From the IMG/VR virus record IMGVR_UViG_3300042691_010759: 58,099 bases of DNA. One strand, given 5' to 3'. This document shows positions 48,340 through 57,163 of this stretch, piece by piece. Source of the stretch: an uncultured virus (IMG/VR IMGVR_UViG_3300042691_010759) (lineage: Duplodnaviria; Heunggongvirae; Uroviricota; Caudoviricetes). The notes beneath the pieces were generated by a model. It was given only the letters and a program-made list of their open reading frames with translations, was not told where the DNA came from and searched no databases. A program made the translations under genes and the position numbers. Within the stretch, counting starts at the first letter, position 1. Each line of letters opens with the position of its first letter.

Positions 48340-50552
48340 TTTCTACCAATGTTTTTAAAAGGCAATCTGGGTTTGTTTCCATTAGCCATATTAGATCTAT
48401 TTCTTCCAATATTACGGAAAGCATCCCTATTTAATTTATACAAATCTTGGGACTTTTCCAAGTTTTTATCCAACTCATTTTCAATACGGATAACTTTTGG
48501 TATTGAAGACTGCCGAACTTTAGCAAAAGCAACTAGTGCTGCTAGAGCTACTAAGCGGTCAACGTTAACACCTGGTCTGTAGGCACTCATCTCTTTAAGA
48601 GCCATAATATCAGGTATTCTTTGAATACCATAATGCTTCTTCAAAATTAGTCCTTCTGGATTAACATCTTCATCTATTACTTCTTTTAACCACTCAATTA
48701 AATAGCTCAAGAGGTGATTCTTAAATAACGTACCTACGTTTCTCCATCCGTATTCTTGATATACAGTCTTATTAGCTTGAGCTTCTTTTAGGAAGATCAT
48801 TTGGTTCTTAGGTATTAAATACTTTTGTTTTCTCTCAGCTATCATATACTGAATAAACAAGGATATGTTATTTTCAACAAGAGTCCAGGCATTATACCAT
48901 TCAATAATAAGTCTTAAACGTTTGTGTGTATTATTGATATCATCATAGCGGCCGCACCATGCTGCTACAATTTTGTCACCTTCAATGAAAGTTTTGATAC
49001 CATTCTCGTCTTTGCGAGTTACTTCAACAGGATTTTTATAAACATAGATAGAACATAGTGATTCTGAAGTTGTAGTCTTACCTTCACCCACGGGATCTAT
49101 TGAAGCAATATATTGAGCAAATGCTGGATCTTTATCAGGTCTTTCAAAAACTACAATTGCTCCTTCTTTATCTTCTTCATTTAGCTTAATAGGAAATGTA
49201 GAAATAGGAATTTTATTTGTTTTCTTTACTATAATCTCACCGTTTAGTCCTTCATCTAAATCAAGAATTTCATAAGGATAATCTTTATTTTGTATTCTCC
49301 TCATTTGATCTTCAACAAGATTTGATGGAAAAATTGATTCTTCTCTATAAGCAAAAGCTTCTGTGATATTTCTAGGATGCTGAGAGATCCTTAGCTGATA
49401 TTTTTCTGGAGTTAATTTTTTCTTCCATTCGGCAAACTTTTGATCTAAAGCTTCAAGAGCTTCCTGTACGCGAGAATTACCAAAATCATCAATATAAGGA
49501 GGCATTCCCCATTGTTCTGGAATAAATAAACCACTTTTTCCAATAGTGCCTTTTTCATCAATTAAATCAGTTTCTACAGCGTAGATGTCATTATCATCAG
49601 GATGGAGAGTCATTGCCTTTAATGGTTCACAATCTGTAAGTTCTCCTACAGATCCTGCAATAATAAACATCCCTGTAGTAATATCACCAGCTTGCATGGC
49701 AGGACGAATGAACTCAAATGTTTTATCAGCTCTAGGAGCAATACCACCTTCTTCATAGAAGAATAGGGTGCATGGTCCACCGACTCCTTTTGTATCACTT
49801 TGTTCAAAAGACATTCCTTGAATCATTCCTTTAAGTCCTACTTCTTTTTTTCTACCATTTTGTGTGACTTCAATTTTCTGTTGCCATTCTAAAACTTTAC
49901 CTGGATTCATTGGACGATACCATGCTGTGTTTCCGTTAAGAAAAGCACGGTATTCATCTAAAAATTTCCAAGATCCGGATAAGTTAATAAAGTCTTTAAG
50001 AGATGCCCCAATTTTTAAGATTGCTCCTGGATCAAACCAAATTCTATTTATCATTTTACCCATATGAAAATAAGAAGATGCAATCTGACGTTTCTTAGTT
50101 ATACTGGAATGTTTATAATGAATTTCAGCAAGTTCTTCATATAAAGCCATATGTAACTGAACATCCCAAATTTGTGGGAAATCAAATTTCTTTTTGATTT
50201 TATCATAGATTGGTAAGAAGTTTATCCAGAAATAATAATCTCTAGGTAGAAACCAAGTCTTGCCGTTATTTTTAAAAATAGCACCATTTACAGATTTTTC
50301 TTTTTCAAAATCCCAATACGTATAAAAGTCTTTAGACTTAAATGGAGACATACAATAAACATTACCTTGACTCCTAAATCGCCTAGCTTGCTCATTAAAT
50401 AAATAGGCTGTTTCATCAAAATTATATTTACCAGGCTCCTTAAAAGTACTTTTTACAAAGTCTCTATACTCTTGAATATCCGTAAAGACTGTAGTAGTCC
50501 ATACTCCATTTTCATAAGTAGGTATTTCTTTATTAAAATCTAGGAATTCCAT
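48336..50552 (-). CDS. terL: Terminase large subunit (738 aa)
   Basis: Walker A-like KKRQIASS, Walker B FFYEEGG, coupling motif GSVG, and RNase H-fold ASIDPV...LVENN...NVDRL. Confidence 0.92.
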   Translation of the reverse strand: MEFLDFNKEIPTYENGVWTTTVFTDIQEYRDFVKSTFKEPGKYNFDETAYLFNEQARRFRSQGNVYCMSPFKSKDFYTYWDFEKEKSVNGAIFKNNGKTWFLPRDYYFWINFLPIYDKIKKKFDFPQIWDVQLHMALYEELAEIHYKHSSITKKRQIASSYFHMGKMINRIWFDPGAILKIGASLKDFINLSGSWKFLDEYRAFLNGNTAWYRPMNPGKVLEWQQKIEVTQNGRKKEVGLKGMIQGMSFEQSDTKGVGGPCTLFFYEEGGIAPRADKTFEFIRPAMQAGDITTGMFIIAGSVGELTDCEPLKAMTLHPDDNDIYAVETDLIDEKGTIGKSGLFIPEQWGMPPYIDDFGNSRVQEALEALDQKFAEWKKKLTPEKYQLRISQHPRNITEAFAYREESIFPSNLVEDQMRRIQNKDYPYEILDLDEGLNGEIIVKKTNKIPISTFPIKLNEEDKEGAIVVFERPDKDPAFAQYIASIDPVGEGKTTTSESLCSIYVYKNPVEVTRKDENGIKTFIEGDKIVAAWCGRYDDINNTHKRLRLIIEWYNAWTLVENNISLFIQYMIAERKQKYLIPKNQMIFLKEAQANKTVYQEYGWRNVGTLFKNHLLSYLIEWLKEVIDEDVNPEGLILKKHYGIQRIPDIMALKEMSAYRPGVNVDRLVALAALVAFAKVRQSSIPKVIRIENELDKNLEKSQDLYKLNRDAFRNIGRNRSNMANGNKPRLPFKNIGRK

Positions 50553-50554
50553 AT

Positions 50555-51067
50555 TTACATCTGATCATATCCTAATTGCTGACCTCCTCTCACGTGAGAT
50601 TCTTGTTCTGCTGCTAAATCTTTAGCTACTCCCTTATATGATTGACGAATTGCATCAAATTCTTTTGCAACACGTATAAGAGAATTAATATTCCCATCCC
50701 GGCCTGCTGTTACACTTGTTGTTTCCATATAGTTTGCTAAATTATCAAGCATTGTTGTAATAGCGTTATATGCCCTAACAGTGGGTGTTTCATACATTAG
50801 GTAAGCTTTCATTAAAGCATCCGTAATTTCTTCTTCATCCAATGAAAAATTAATATCAAGATCCCTTATGATTATATCTTCTCTAAGATCTCTAGGTATA
50901 TTAAAAAAAGGATTTTCTTCACTAGGACATGCCATATAAAAAACATAAGCATAAATCTTTAAAGCATCCTCTGGAAACCTTTCTTGTATTACACGAAGCC
51001 AGTTAATCATTTGGCAATGCTCCGTAGGTTTAACTACGTTATTCTCTATTTCAAATAGTTTTATCAT
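50555..51067 (-). CDS. Conserved helical protein upstream of TerL (possible terminase small subunit)
   Basis: ORF track; position; C-terminal VRGG motif. Function inferred from position only. Confidence 0.5.
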   Translation of the reverse strand: MIKLFEIENNVVKPTEHCQMINWLRVIQERFPEDALKIYAYVFYMACPSEENPFFNIPRDLREDIIIRDLDINFSLDEEEITDALMKAYLMYETPTVRAYNAITTMLDNLANYMETTSVTAGRDGNINSLIRVAKEFDAIRQSYKGVAKDLAAEQESHVRGGQQLGYDQM

Positions 51068-51891
51068 TTGTCGTAAGCTTCAGGATGTAATTTAAGATAT
51101 TTAATGATATTATTCACTTCATTCTTTAAATAAGGAACGTCATAAGGAATAACATCTTTTACAATAGGATCTCCCATTGGATCATAAGCAACAATAGGAT
51201 ATCCAAAATCATCTTCTCCTTCAACTTCAAATATGATATGATGAATTTGCATTTTACCAGGCTGAAGTGAGTGATTATGTTTTAATGTAATATACATATA
51301 CAAACTCATTTGTATTGCATAATGATTGAAGTTACAATCCTCTAAATGATTTAGAGGACCGGTCATCATATTTGTAATACCTTCCCAGCTTGTATATCCT
51401 TTAAGCTTAATTTCTTTGTTAGTCTTGTAGTCATAGATATTTACTTTGTTACCTACTACTTCAATCCTATCAGCTTGTCCGCAGATTCTTGCAGACTTTA
51501 AATAAACAAGGTGTTCCGGATATATACCAGGCGTTAGATTTTGATCTGGTGAAAGTTTAACACCATCCTGCTCAATAGGTCTAATAATTGGAAGATTTAT
51601 ACCTTCTCTCTGAACAGTATCACAAGCTATCAATTCTTTTTCTCTTTGGTCGTGATACCAACTTCCTAAATCTACTGCTCTTTTATTTTCTGTATCCCAG
51701 GTATCTATGATGTCATCTATAGACATACCATACCACTTAGATTTTTTATTAGCTGCGGATTTTTGTGCTTGTGCAAGTTTATCAAATTTAGGTTTGAACA
51801 AACCTATAACACTTGTCGCACTAAGCCATTTTTTATCAGGATCATTTATACTTTGATACTTATGATTCTGAGCTGTGAATTGTAGTTCCAT
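51064..51891 (-). CDS. PD-(D/E)XK nuclease (RecB/Cas4-like exonuclease)
   Basis: SATSVI, GSWYH, PEHLVY...ICGQADRI...IYDYKTNK...Y.IQMSLY. Start taken at MELQF (51891); the track ORF extends to 51948. Confidence 0.85.
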   Translation of the reverse strand: MELQFTAQNHKYQSINDPDKKWLSATSVIGLFKPKFDKLAQAQKSAANKKSKWYGMSIDDIIDTWDTENKRAVDLGSWYHDQREKELIACDTVQREGINLPIIRPIEQDGVKLSPDQNLTPGIYPEHLVYLKSARICGQADRIEVVGNKVNIYDYKTNKEIKLKGYTSWEGITNMMTGPLNHLEDCNFNHYAIQMSLYMYITLKHNHSLQPGKMQIHHIIFEVEGEDDFGYPIVAYDPMGDPIVKDVIPYDVPYLKNEVNNIIKYLKLHPEAYDK

Positions 51892-52201
51892 CTTGATCTT
51901 GAGATTTGAATTGGTCATTGAGTTGGTCTTCTTCTTCTGGAGTAACAAATGCTTTCCATTTTTGAATATCGCATTCTGCGGATAGAGATCTAGTCTTAAA
52001 CTTTAAACTACATCCACATAAATTGCAACACGGCCCGGTTCCTATAACCACGCACTTATCTCCTTTATGTTCACACTTATCACAAATATCATTACGTTCT
52101 TTTGCAATAAGTTCTATAAATTCATCTTTGGCGATATAATTAGTTATGCCATCAATTATTTTATAGCGTTCTTTCCAAATTTTAGATAACCTACTTGCCA
52201 T
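51860..52201 (-). CDS. Zn-finger-like Cys-rich protein (113 aa)
   Basis: R..IC..C...C......CC..CGC.L..K..S....C...KW. Confidence 0.7.
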   Translation of the reverse strand: MASRLSKIWKERYKIIDGITNYIAKDEFIELIAKERNDICDKCEHKGDKCVVIGTGPCCNLCGCSLKFKTRSLSAECDIQKWKAFVTPEEEDQLNDQFKSQDQDGTTIHSSES

Positions 52202-52556
52202 ATTTTTGTTTTAAAAAGTTTGTTCTTCTTTCTTGATCTTCACTTATAAGTTTTTGCAAATTTCTTACTCTTTCTAGGCGCATCTCTAAATCCTTTTTGA
52301 TAGCCATTTGATTAAAAGTTTCTGGTTGCAAAATGTTTAAATGATTTTCATACTTGTTAATTAACTTTGGTAATTCAATGGGTTTAGCTTTAAATAAACC
52401 AAGGTTTTCCACTTGAATGTAGTGGCAGTCTAAATTACTTAATGCTTTTCTTAGAGTTGAATAATAAAATCCCACAACGTCTTCAATAAGTTGTTGATCA
52501 CATCCTAGTTTTTCAGATGTAGGATATATGAAGTGTTTACTATTCTTGGGTAACAT
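52191..52556 (-). CDS. HU/IHF-like DNA-binding protein (121 aa)
   Basis: SEKLG....LIEDVV..YY..LRKAL......IQVENLGLFK matches the HU helix-helix-strand pattern. Confidence 0.6.
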   Translation of the reverse strand: MLPKNSKHFIYPTSEKLGCDQQLIEDVVGFYYSTLRKALSNLDCHYIQVENLGLFKAKPIELPKLINKYENHLNILQPETFNQMAIKKDLEMRLERVRNLQKLISEDQERRTNFLKQKYGK

Positions 52557-52905
52557 AAACCATTTTATAATCTAAAATAATATTACCTTTTGTTTGAATC
52601 TGTAAACCTTCATTGAGATTTATCTTCTTCTTACTACTACCGTCCTTTCTCACAAGCTTCATTTTTGAAGCTTTTGTGAGAAAGTTACGGACAGTTTGAG
52701 AGGTTTTAAATATATCTTCTTCTACTGCTGAGTTACAGAATTCAGATAAATCACATTCTCCATAAGCACCAAGTAATGTTAAACAACTTAACTCACTTGA
52801 ACTAAGCTGTAGATCATGCACAAAACAATACGTTAAAAGCTGATATTTAATAATATCTCTATAGCCCATACGTACTTTTTTGGTCACTAAATTAGCTTGT
52901 GCCAT
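52540..52905 (-). CDS. Putative winged-helix DNA-binding protein (121 aa)
   Basis: LS.SEL..L....SQTVRNFLTK.....LV.K...KI.LN pattern. Confidence 0.55.
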   Translation of the reverse strand: MAQANLVTKKVRMGYRDIIKYQLLTYCFVHDLQLSSSELSCLTLLGAYGECDLSEFCNSAVEEDIFKTSQTVRNFLTKASKMKLVRKDGSSKKKINLNEGLQIQTKGNIILDYKMVYVTQE

Positions 52906-52926
52906 AATTGTTGGTTTAAGTTTTGT

Positions 52927-53301
52927 TTAATCTGGAGTAGCTAATCTGCGAGATTTTTTTTCTGTTATCTCAGCTTCTTCTTTTACTACATGCATTTGTT
53001 CAGGATGCTGGGCTTGTTTCATGGCTTCTTCATGAGCTTTTTCATACTCAGCCCTTGCTTGCTCCATTGCCTGTTCCTGCTGTTCCATATGTGCAAATAA
53101 TTGAGCCGTTTTAGCTATTGCATTATAACGCTTAAACTTTGCTTCTTCTATTTCTGCAAGAAGTGTTTCGTACTGGGATTGGATTTTTAAGAAGCCTATT
53201 TCTTCTTTATAGTCTGCGACAATTTTACTTCGCATTTTTTTTACCTCTTCTGGAGATAATGCTTTTTCTTGAGGTGTTCCCTCTGCTTGTTGGTTTTCCA
53301 T
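52927..53301 (-). CDS. Hypothetical coiled-coil protein (124 aa)
   Basis: ORF track; E/Q/A/K-rich helical sequence. Confidence 0.75.
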   Translation of the reverse strand: MENQQAEGTPQEKALSPEEVKKMRSKIVADYKEEIGFLKIQSQYETLLAEIEEAKFKRYNAIAKTAQLFAHMEQQEQAMEQARAEYEKAHEEAMKQAQHPEQMHVVKEEAEITEKKSRRLATPD

Positions 53302-53305
53302 AATA

Positions 53306-53361
53306 AAACTTTCTATGTTATACTTAATAGCAAATATAACATAGAAAGTTTAAATATCAAA
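53306..53361 (-). promoter_or_regulatory. Bacteroidota-type sigma70 promoter embedded in a 17-bp perfect inverted repeat
   Basis: TTTG (53361-53358), N19, TATATTTG (53338-53331) fits the -33/-7 consensus TTTG...TAnnTTTG. IR arms at 53306-53322 and 53335-53351. Confidence 0.7.
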
Positions 53362-53372
53362 AGTTTAGTATT

Positions 53373-53552
53373 TTAATTAGCTTTCCGTCTACCTGCTGCA
53401 GACATTTTAGCCATCTTTGTTTTACCGTACTTCTTACGTCCAATAGAAGCAGCAATGGCATTTGCTTGTTCTTTTGTTTTTCCAGACTTCTGAATTTTAT
53501 TGGAGAGAGCTTTAAATCTAGCTCCGGATCCTAGTTTTGCTTTTGCTGCCAT
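53373..53552 (-). CDS. Small very basic protein (59 aa)
   Basis: Not in the ORF track: MAAKAKLGSGARFKALSNKIQKSGKTKEQANAIAASIGRKKYGKTKMAKMSAAGRRKAN*. TAATG overlap with the upstream gene. Confidence 0.8.
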   Translation of the reverse strand: MAAKAKLGSGARFKALSNKIQKSGKTKEQANAIAASIGRKKYGKTKMAKMSAAGRRKAN

Positions 53553-53710
53553 TACTTTGTTTTTATACTGAAATTAAGAATAGTAATCATATAAAACTTA
53601 GAATTAATATCTGCTTCTAAAGTAAATACATCAATTTTACCAAGTCTAAGTTTTAGTTGAAACTTATCCCATTGTTTATTGTGAATCTTCCAGTTGTTTC
53701 TAAATTTCAT
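53552..53710 (-). CDS. Small hypothetical protein (52 aa, MKFRNNW...)
   Basis: Track ORF with start moved to ATG 53710, 4 nt after the upstream stop. Confidence 0.65.
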   Translation of the reverse strand: MKFRNNWKIHNKQWDKFQLKLRLGKIDVFTLEADINSKFYMITILNFSIKTK

Positions 53711-53714
53711 AATC

Positions 53715-54233
53715 TTATGCTTCGTTAGTACTGATTGTTCCTTTAGCATCTAGCCATACCTTTCTTACGTTTGCCGGTTGAGCCACCTTCCATTTAGTAC
53801 GGCGAGCTTTGTATAATCTACTCTTGAGAATCCGAGTTACATTCATTGCATTTCCTTGGTTTCCTCCAAGAACATGGTATGCTGTATCATCTTCTCCTAC
53901 ATAAATTCCAACGTGACCGCCACCATCTCTTTTAAAAGTTAGAATATCTCCAAGCATAGGTTCTGGAGAAGCTTCACCATACTTAGCCCAATTAAGAGCC
54001 CAAAGAGGATCTTTAACTCCATCTACTCCAGCCATATGCGCAGCATATGCCATTGCAAGTCCGCACCAAGGAATCTCATCTTGCTTATAGACCTTCTCTA
54101 GACCAACAACTTTAGCCCATCTAAGGATCTCTGGATTATGGTTTGGTCCTACTATTTCTTTAGTCCCAATTATTTTTACAGCTTCTATAAGAAGTTTTGG
54201 GGACTTCTCATTCTTTAAAAAATCGTAACTCAT
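53715..54233 (-). CDS. TIGR02594-family NlpC/P60/CHAP-like peptidase (putative endolysin)
   Basis: G.KEI.G..HNP.I, DEIPWCG, GDIL.F.R.GGGHVG.YVG and VLGGNQ motifs. Confidence 0.85.
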   Translation of the reverse strand: MSYDFLKNEKSPKLLIEAVKIIGTKEIVGPNHNPEILRWAKVVGLEKVYKQDEIPWCGLAMAYAAHMAGVDGVKDPLWALNWAKYGEASPEPMLGDILTFKRDGGGHVGIYVGEDDTAYHVLGGNQGNAMNVTRILKSRLYKARRTKWKVAQPANVRKVWLDAKGTISTNEA

Positions 54234-54240
54234 AATGTTC

Positions 54241-54708
54241 TTAATATGCCGTGTATATTGTTTTGCCGTTTACTCTTGAAGCTTTTAAAATCTGCTTTCT
54301 ATTTCCTGTAGGTTTAAGAGATATATGTACCCAGTCTGGATTTGAAGTTGTGCCAAATTCCCAAATCATTTGATCAAATTCTAAATTATCTTTTACAAAA
54401 TTGAAGATGTCTTTGTTTGATACGCCTCCTAATATATCCCCATCTATATCCATAGCTTGTCCTAAACAATGCTGGGATGTTTTAGAAGATCCTGGAATAG
54501 CTTTATTTAATGCTAGAGATCTATAACCGCTTGATAGCTTAATAGGTTTTCCAAAGTGTTCTCTAATAGGTTCAAACACTTTTTCACATAAGTTCTTTGC
54601 ATCTGCTAAATGTTTTGGATCGGTAACGCTGTTATCAATACCTTTTCTTTTTGCTGTATCACTATAGCAGAACTCCGCCATACTGATATGCTTTGATAAT
54701 TGACTCAT
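54241..54708 (-). CDS. Peptidase M15A-family Zn peptidase (putative endolysin)
   Basis: SSGYRS..LN, SQH..GQA.DI and WVHIS motifs. Confidence 0.88.
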   Translation of the reverse strand: MSQLSKHISMAEFCYSDTAKRKGIDNSVTDPKHLADAKNLCEKVFEPIREHFGKPIKLSSGYRSLALNKAIPGSSKTSQHCLGQAMDIDGDILGGVSNKDIFNFVKDNLEFDQMIWEFGTTSNPDWVHISLKPTGNRKQILKASRVNGKTIYTAY

Positions 54709-55214
54709 AGTTTAAATATTTTCTTGACTACTAAGATAATAACTAAGATGATAACTGCAAGAATAACCCAAGCCCATGGTTGTTTATTTTCTATCCTTGT
54801 GGTAACACGCTCTGTTTTATTCTCTTGTTTGTTAGCTTTTATATATGCCTTTAGCTGCTTACCTAAAGAATCATTCTGAAGCTTCATCATCTTTTCCAAA
54901 TGCTTATAGTAATCTTCTAGAGCTTTTCTCTCCTGACGAGACATTACAGGTGCAATGTTATTATTAACAGTGTATATGGAACTATCCTTCTTCAGAATCT
55001 CTTTATATGTATTTGTTACTGTGTCATATACAATCTCTTTGTTATACACATACTGCCAAACTGTATCTGGTTTAATTATAGCCCCTTTACGTTTAGCTAT
55101 ATCAATATGTTTTTGAGCTTTTGCTAAATGCTGTTCAATAGAACAAGAAGATAAAGAAAAAATGAAGAGTAGAACAGTACCTGTTACCCATCTATAGTTA
55201 TAATACCACTTCAT
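54705..55214 (-). CDS. Lipoprotein with C-terminal transmembrane helix (unimolecular spanin-like)
   Basis: Signal peptide with lipobox LSSC; C-terminal WAWVILAVIILVIILVVKK; located in the lysis cassette. Confidence 0.65.
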   Translation of the reverse strand: MKWYYNYRWVTGTVLLFIFSLSSCSIEQHLAKAQKHIDIAKRKGAIIKPDTVWQYVYNKEIVYDTVTNTYKEILKKDSSIYTVNNNIAPVMSRQERKALEDYYKHLEKMMKLQNDSLGKQLKAYIKANKQENKTERVTTRIENKQPWAWVILAVIILVIILVVKKIFKL

Positions 55215-55692
55215 AGAAATTATTAATTACACACCAATTATATAAATCTTGTGGAGAAATTCTATAGCTTCTTTCCACACCATAAACCCATGCTACATAT
55301 TCTGAACAAGTCATTCTATTATAATCATCCTTATTTAATTTCCAAGAGGTATTAGTAACTAGTGTAATAGGATGTTTAATGAGTAAACTTTCAAAATCAT
55401 AACCAGTATTTCCCACTTTAGTTAAGGCTCTTAAAGCCAAAGTTCTGTGATCAATTTCTTTAGTAGATCTATACACTTTGAATGTATAATCATATTTTTC
55501 TTTCCAAGCATCAAAAGGGCGCACATTAACACCATCTTTTTGTGCATCAATTATATATGGTTGTCCCCAAATTTCAATAAACATTGCAGAATGAGAAAAC
55601 TTAGACTTAGTAAAATATTTGATTAGTTTACTAATTAGTCTATGTCCTGTACAATGTAAAATATCTCCTGTCTTAAGCAATGTCGGATTCAT
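55198..55692 (-). CDS. Permuted papain-like NlpC/P60 amidase (YiiX/YebB, C92-like)
   Basis: LKTGDIL, S.FSHSAM, G...YDF and MTCSEYVAWVY (His precedes Cys). Confidence 0.8.
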   Translation of the reverse strand: MNPTLLKTGDILHCTGHRLISKLIKYFTKSKFSHSAMFIEIWGQPYIIDAQKDGVNVRPFDAWKEKYDYTFKVYRSTKEIDHRTLALRALTKVGNTGYDFESLLIKHPITLVTNTSWKLNKDDYNRMTCSEYVAWVYGVERSYRISPQDLYNWCVINNFYEVVL

Positions 55693-55999
55693 CTGTTTTA
55701 ATTCTTTTTAATGACAAGACATTTGCCATTAATGATTGCGTCTGATATCCGGCTAAAAATGCTGTCAAATAATTAATCGGCAACAACTCTTTCATACCAG
55801 TATCGGTGCAAATTAATAAAATTGCGGGAATTAACAAAAAAGATGCAAGCGAAGACATTATAAATTTTCTAGAAAAGTTGCTCAACAACGCACCTTTCAT
55901 GTTTCCAATCTTCATTAAGATGTGTACAAGAAGTCCTGTATAAGCTAAAGCCCAGTGTAGAGGGCTAAGGTCTGCTATATGTTTAATCTGTTCTACCAT
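55673..55999 (-). CDS. Small multi-pass membrane protein (holin/antiholin-like)
   Basis: Three hydrophobic segments; AFLAGY...SL motif; adjacent to a holin. Confidence 0.55.
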   Translation of the reverse strand: MVEQIKHIADLSPLHWALAYTGLLVHILMKIGNMKGALLSNFSRKFIMSSLASFLLIPAILLICTDTGMKELLPINYLTAFLAGYQTQSLMANVLSLKRIKTDESDIA

Positions 56000-56519
56000 T
56001 TTCTTTATCTCTTATATTATAAATTTTTGCTAATAGTCTAACTAGCATAGATTTCTTATCCCATCCTAATCTTATGAAATTTTCAATATTAGATCCAAGC
56101 AATTGAAGAATCACAAAGTTTAACCAGGCAAAGTTTACAAAAGCATAGATATCTATCTCATAACCTAACATTGTTGGAGATTGAGCATAGACATCTAGTA
56201 TATTTGTACACCCTAGCATTAGCCAATAGATTCCAAGCTTTAACCAACCTTTACCAAATTGATCAGATTGCCAACCCATACCTTCTTTTTGAGAGGCCTT
56301 AATCCCTGTGTACATTTCTAAAAAAAACAGAATAACAATGACTATCCCTACAGGTAATTCAAACCCAAACATCATCCGGAAATAATATGCAACAGCTGCT
56401 AGTATACCACTGATTGCTGTAGCTTGAGCAGCAAAGTCCGGATGGAAGGCACTATGTAAAAAGTGTGTAGTATCTCTGTATCCACTAGATTGTACTATGA
56501 GAGAGAAAAACTTGTACAT
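55983..56519 (-). CDS. Holin-like membrane protein
   Basis: 3-4 TM segments with E..TGI.AS...S..F.KG..KL..Y and SNIEN..RLG motifs of phage holin family 4-like proteins. Confidence 0.7.
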   Translation of the reverse strand: MYKFFSLIVQSSGYRDTTHFLHSAFHPDFAAQATAISGILAAVAYYFRMMFGFELPVGIVIVILFFLEMYTGIKASQKEGMGWQSDQFGKGWLKLGIYWLMLGCTNILDVYAQSPTMLGYEIDIYAFVNFAWLNFVILQLLGSNIENFIRLGWDKKSMLVRLLAKIYNIRDKENGRTD

Positions 56520-57163
56520 TAGAAGTTACCGTTATAGATTGAAACTAAGCTATCTCTAAGTGCAACGATATAATACGATGTTTGAGCATATCCATCATTC
56601 TCATATGGAGAACCAACCTCATTAGTCAACCATTGATAAAAATCTCTAGCATCTGATCTCTCATACCAAGCAATCATATCAGAAGTATCCTTATCAAACA
56701 TTTGAGTCTGAAGTAGAGTAAGAGTACCAACACGTATGTCTTCAGCTATATTTTTTCTCATAGCCTCAACTGTTCTCATTCGCGTTCTTTTGGTCTCAGT
56801 AATTACATTCATCCATACTTGCTTATCTTCTTCATCTGACCATAGCTGAATACGTAAAGCATAAGGGCTAAAGAAACATAAACCCCCAATAAGTTTCTCC
56901 TCTTGAGTCAGATTAGCATAATTCTGAAAGTTAGGCCCAACTGAAGCATAGAACAAAGGCTTAATGTAAGTTCTTCTTCTACCCCAGTCTAATCCATCAT
57001 AATTATACCAATTAGTAATTGAAGAAATATCTTCATAGGTTGCACCAGGACTTACTGTACTTGTTATATAAGGATCAGAAGGTATATTCTCTACCTGTCC
57101 AGTATTTGGGTTAGTATATGTATCTGTAGCAGGATTATATCCTATAAGTTTGTAAAGTATCAT
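56519..57163 (-). CDS. Hypothetical protein (214 aa), possibly fibre-associated
   Basis: ORF track; translationally coupled on both sides. Confidence 0.6.
   Translation of the reverse strand: MILYKLIGYNPATDTYTNPNTGQVENIPSDPYITSTVSPGATYEDISSITNWYNYDGLDWGRRRTYIKPLFYASVGPNFQNYANLTQEEKLIGGLCFFSPYALRIQLWSDEEDKQVWMNVITETKRTRMRTVEAMRKNIAEDIRVGTLTLLQTQMFDKDTSDMIAWYERSDARDFYQWLTNEVGSPYENDGYAQTSYYIVALRDSLVSIYNGNF

Noticed and set aside
5102..50067. Many plus-strand ORFs in the track (60-142 aa)
   Set aside because: They are almost entirely antisense shadows of long minus-strand genes, show the I/L/S/F-rich composition of reverse-complement frames, and have no recognisable motifs.
42520..50552. Introns, inteins or homing endonucleases in MCP, portal or TerL
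   Set aside because: The genes are contiguous and of expected size; no intein or LAGLIDADG/HNH motifs were seen.
51064..51891. Cas4-like nuclease as a sign of a CRISPR system
   Set aside because: No repeat-spacer array or other cas genes were seen, and the four-Cys Fe-S pattern is not evident. Solo PD-(D/E)XK nucleases are common in phages.
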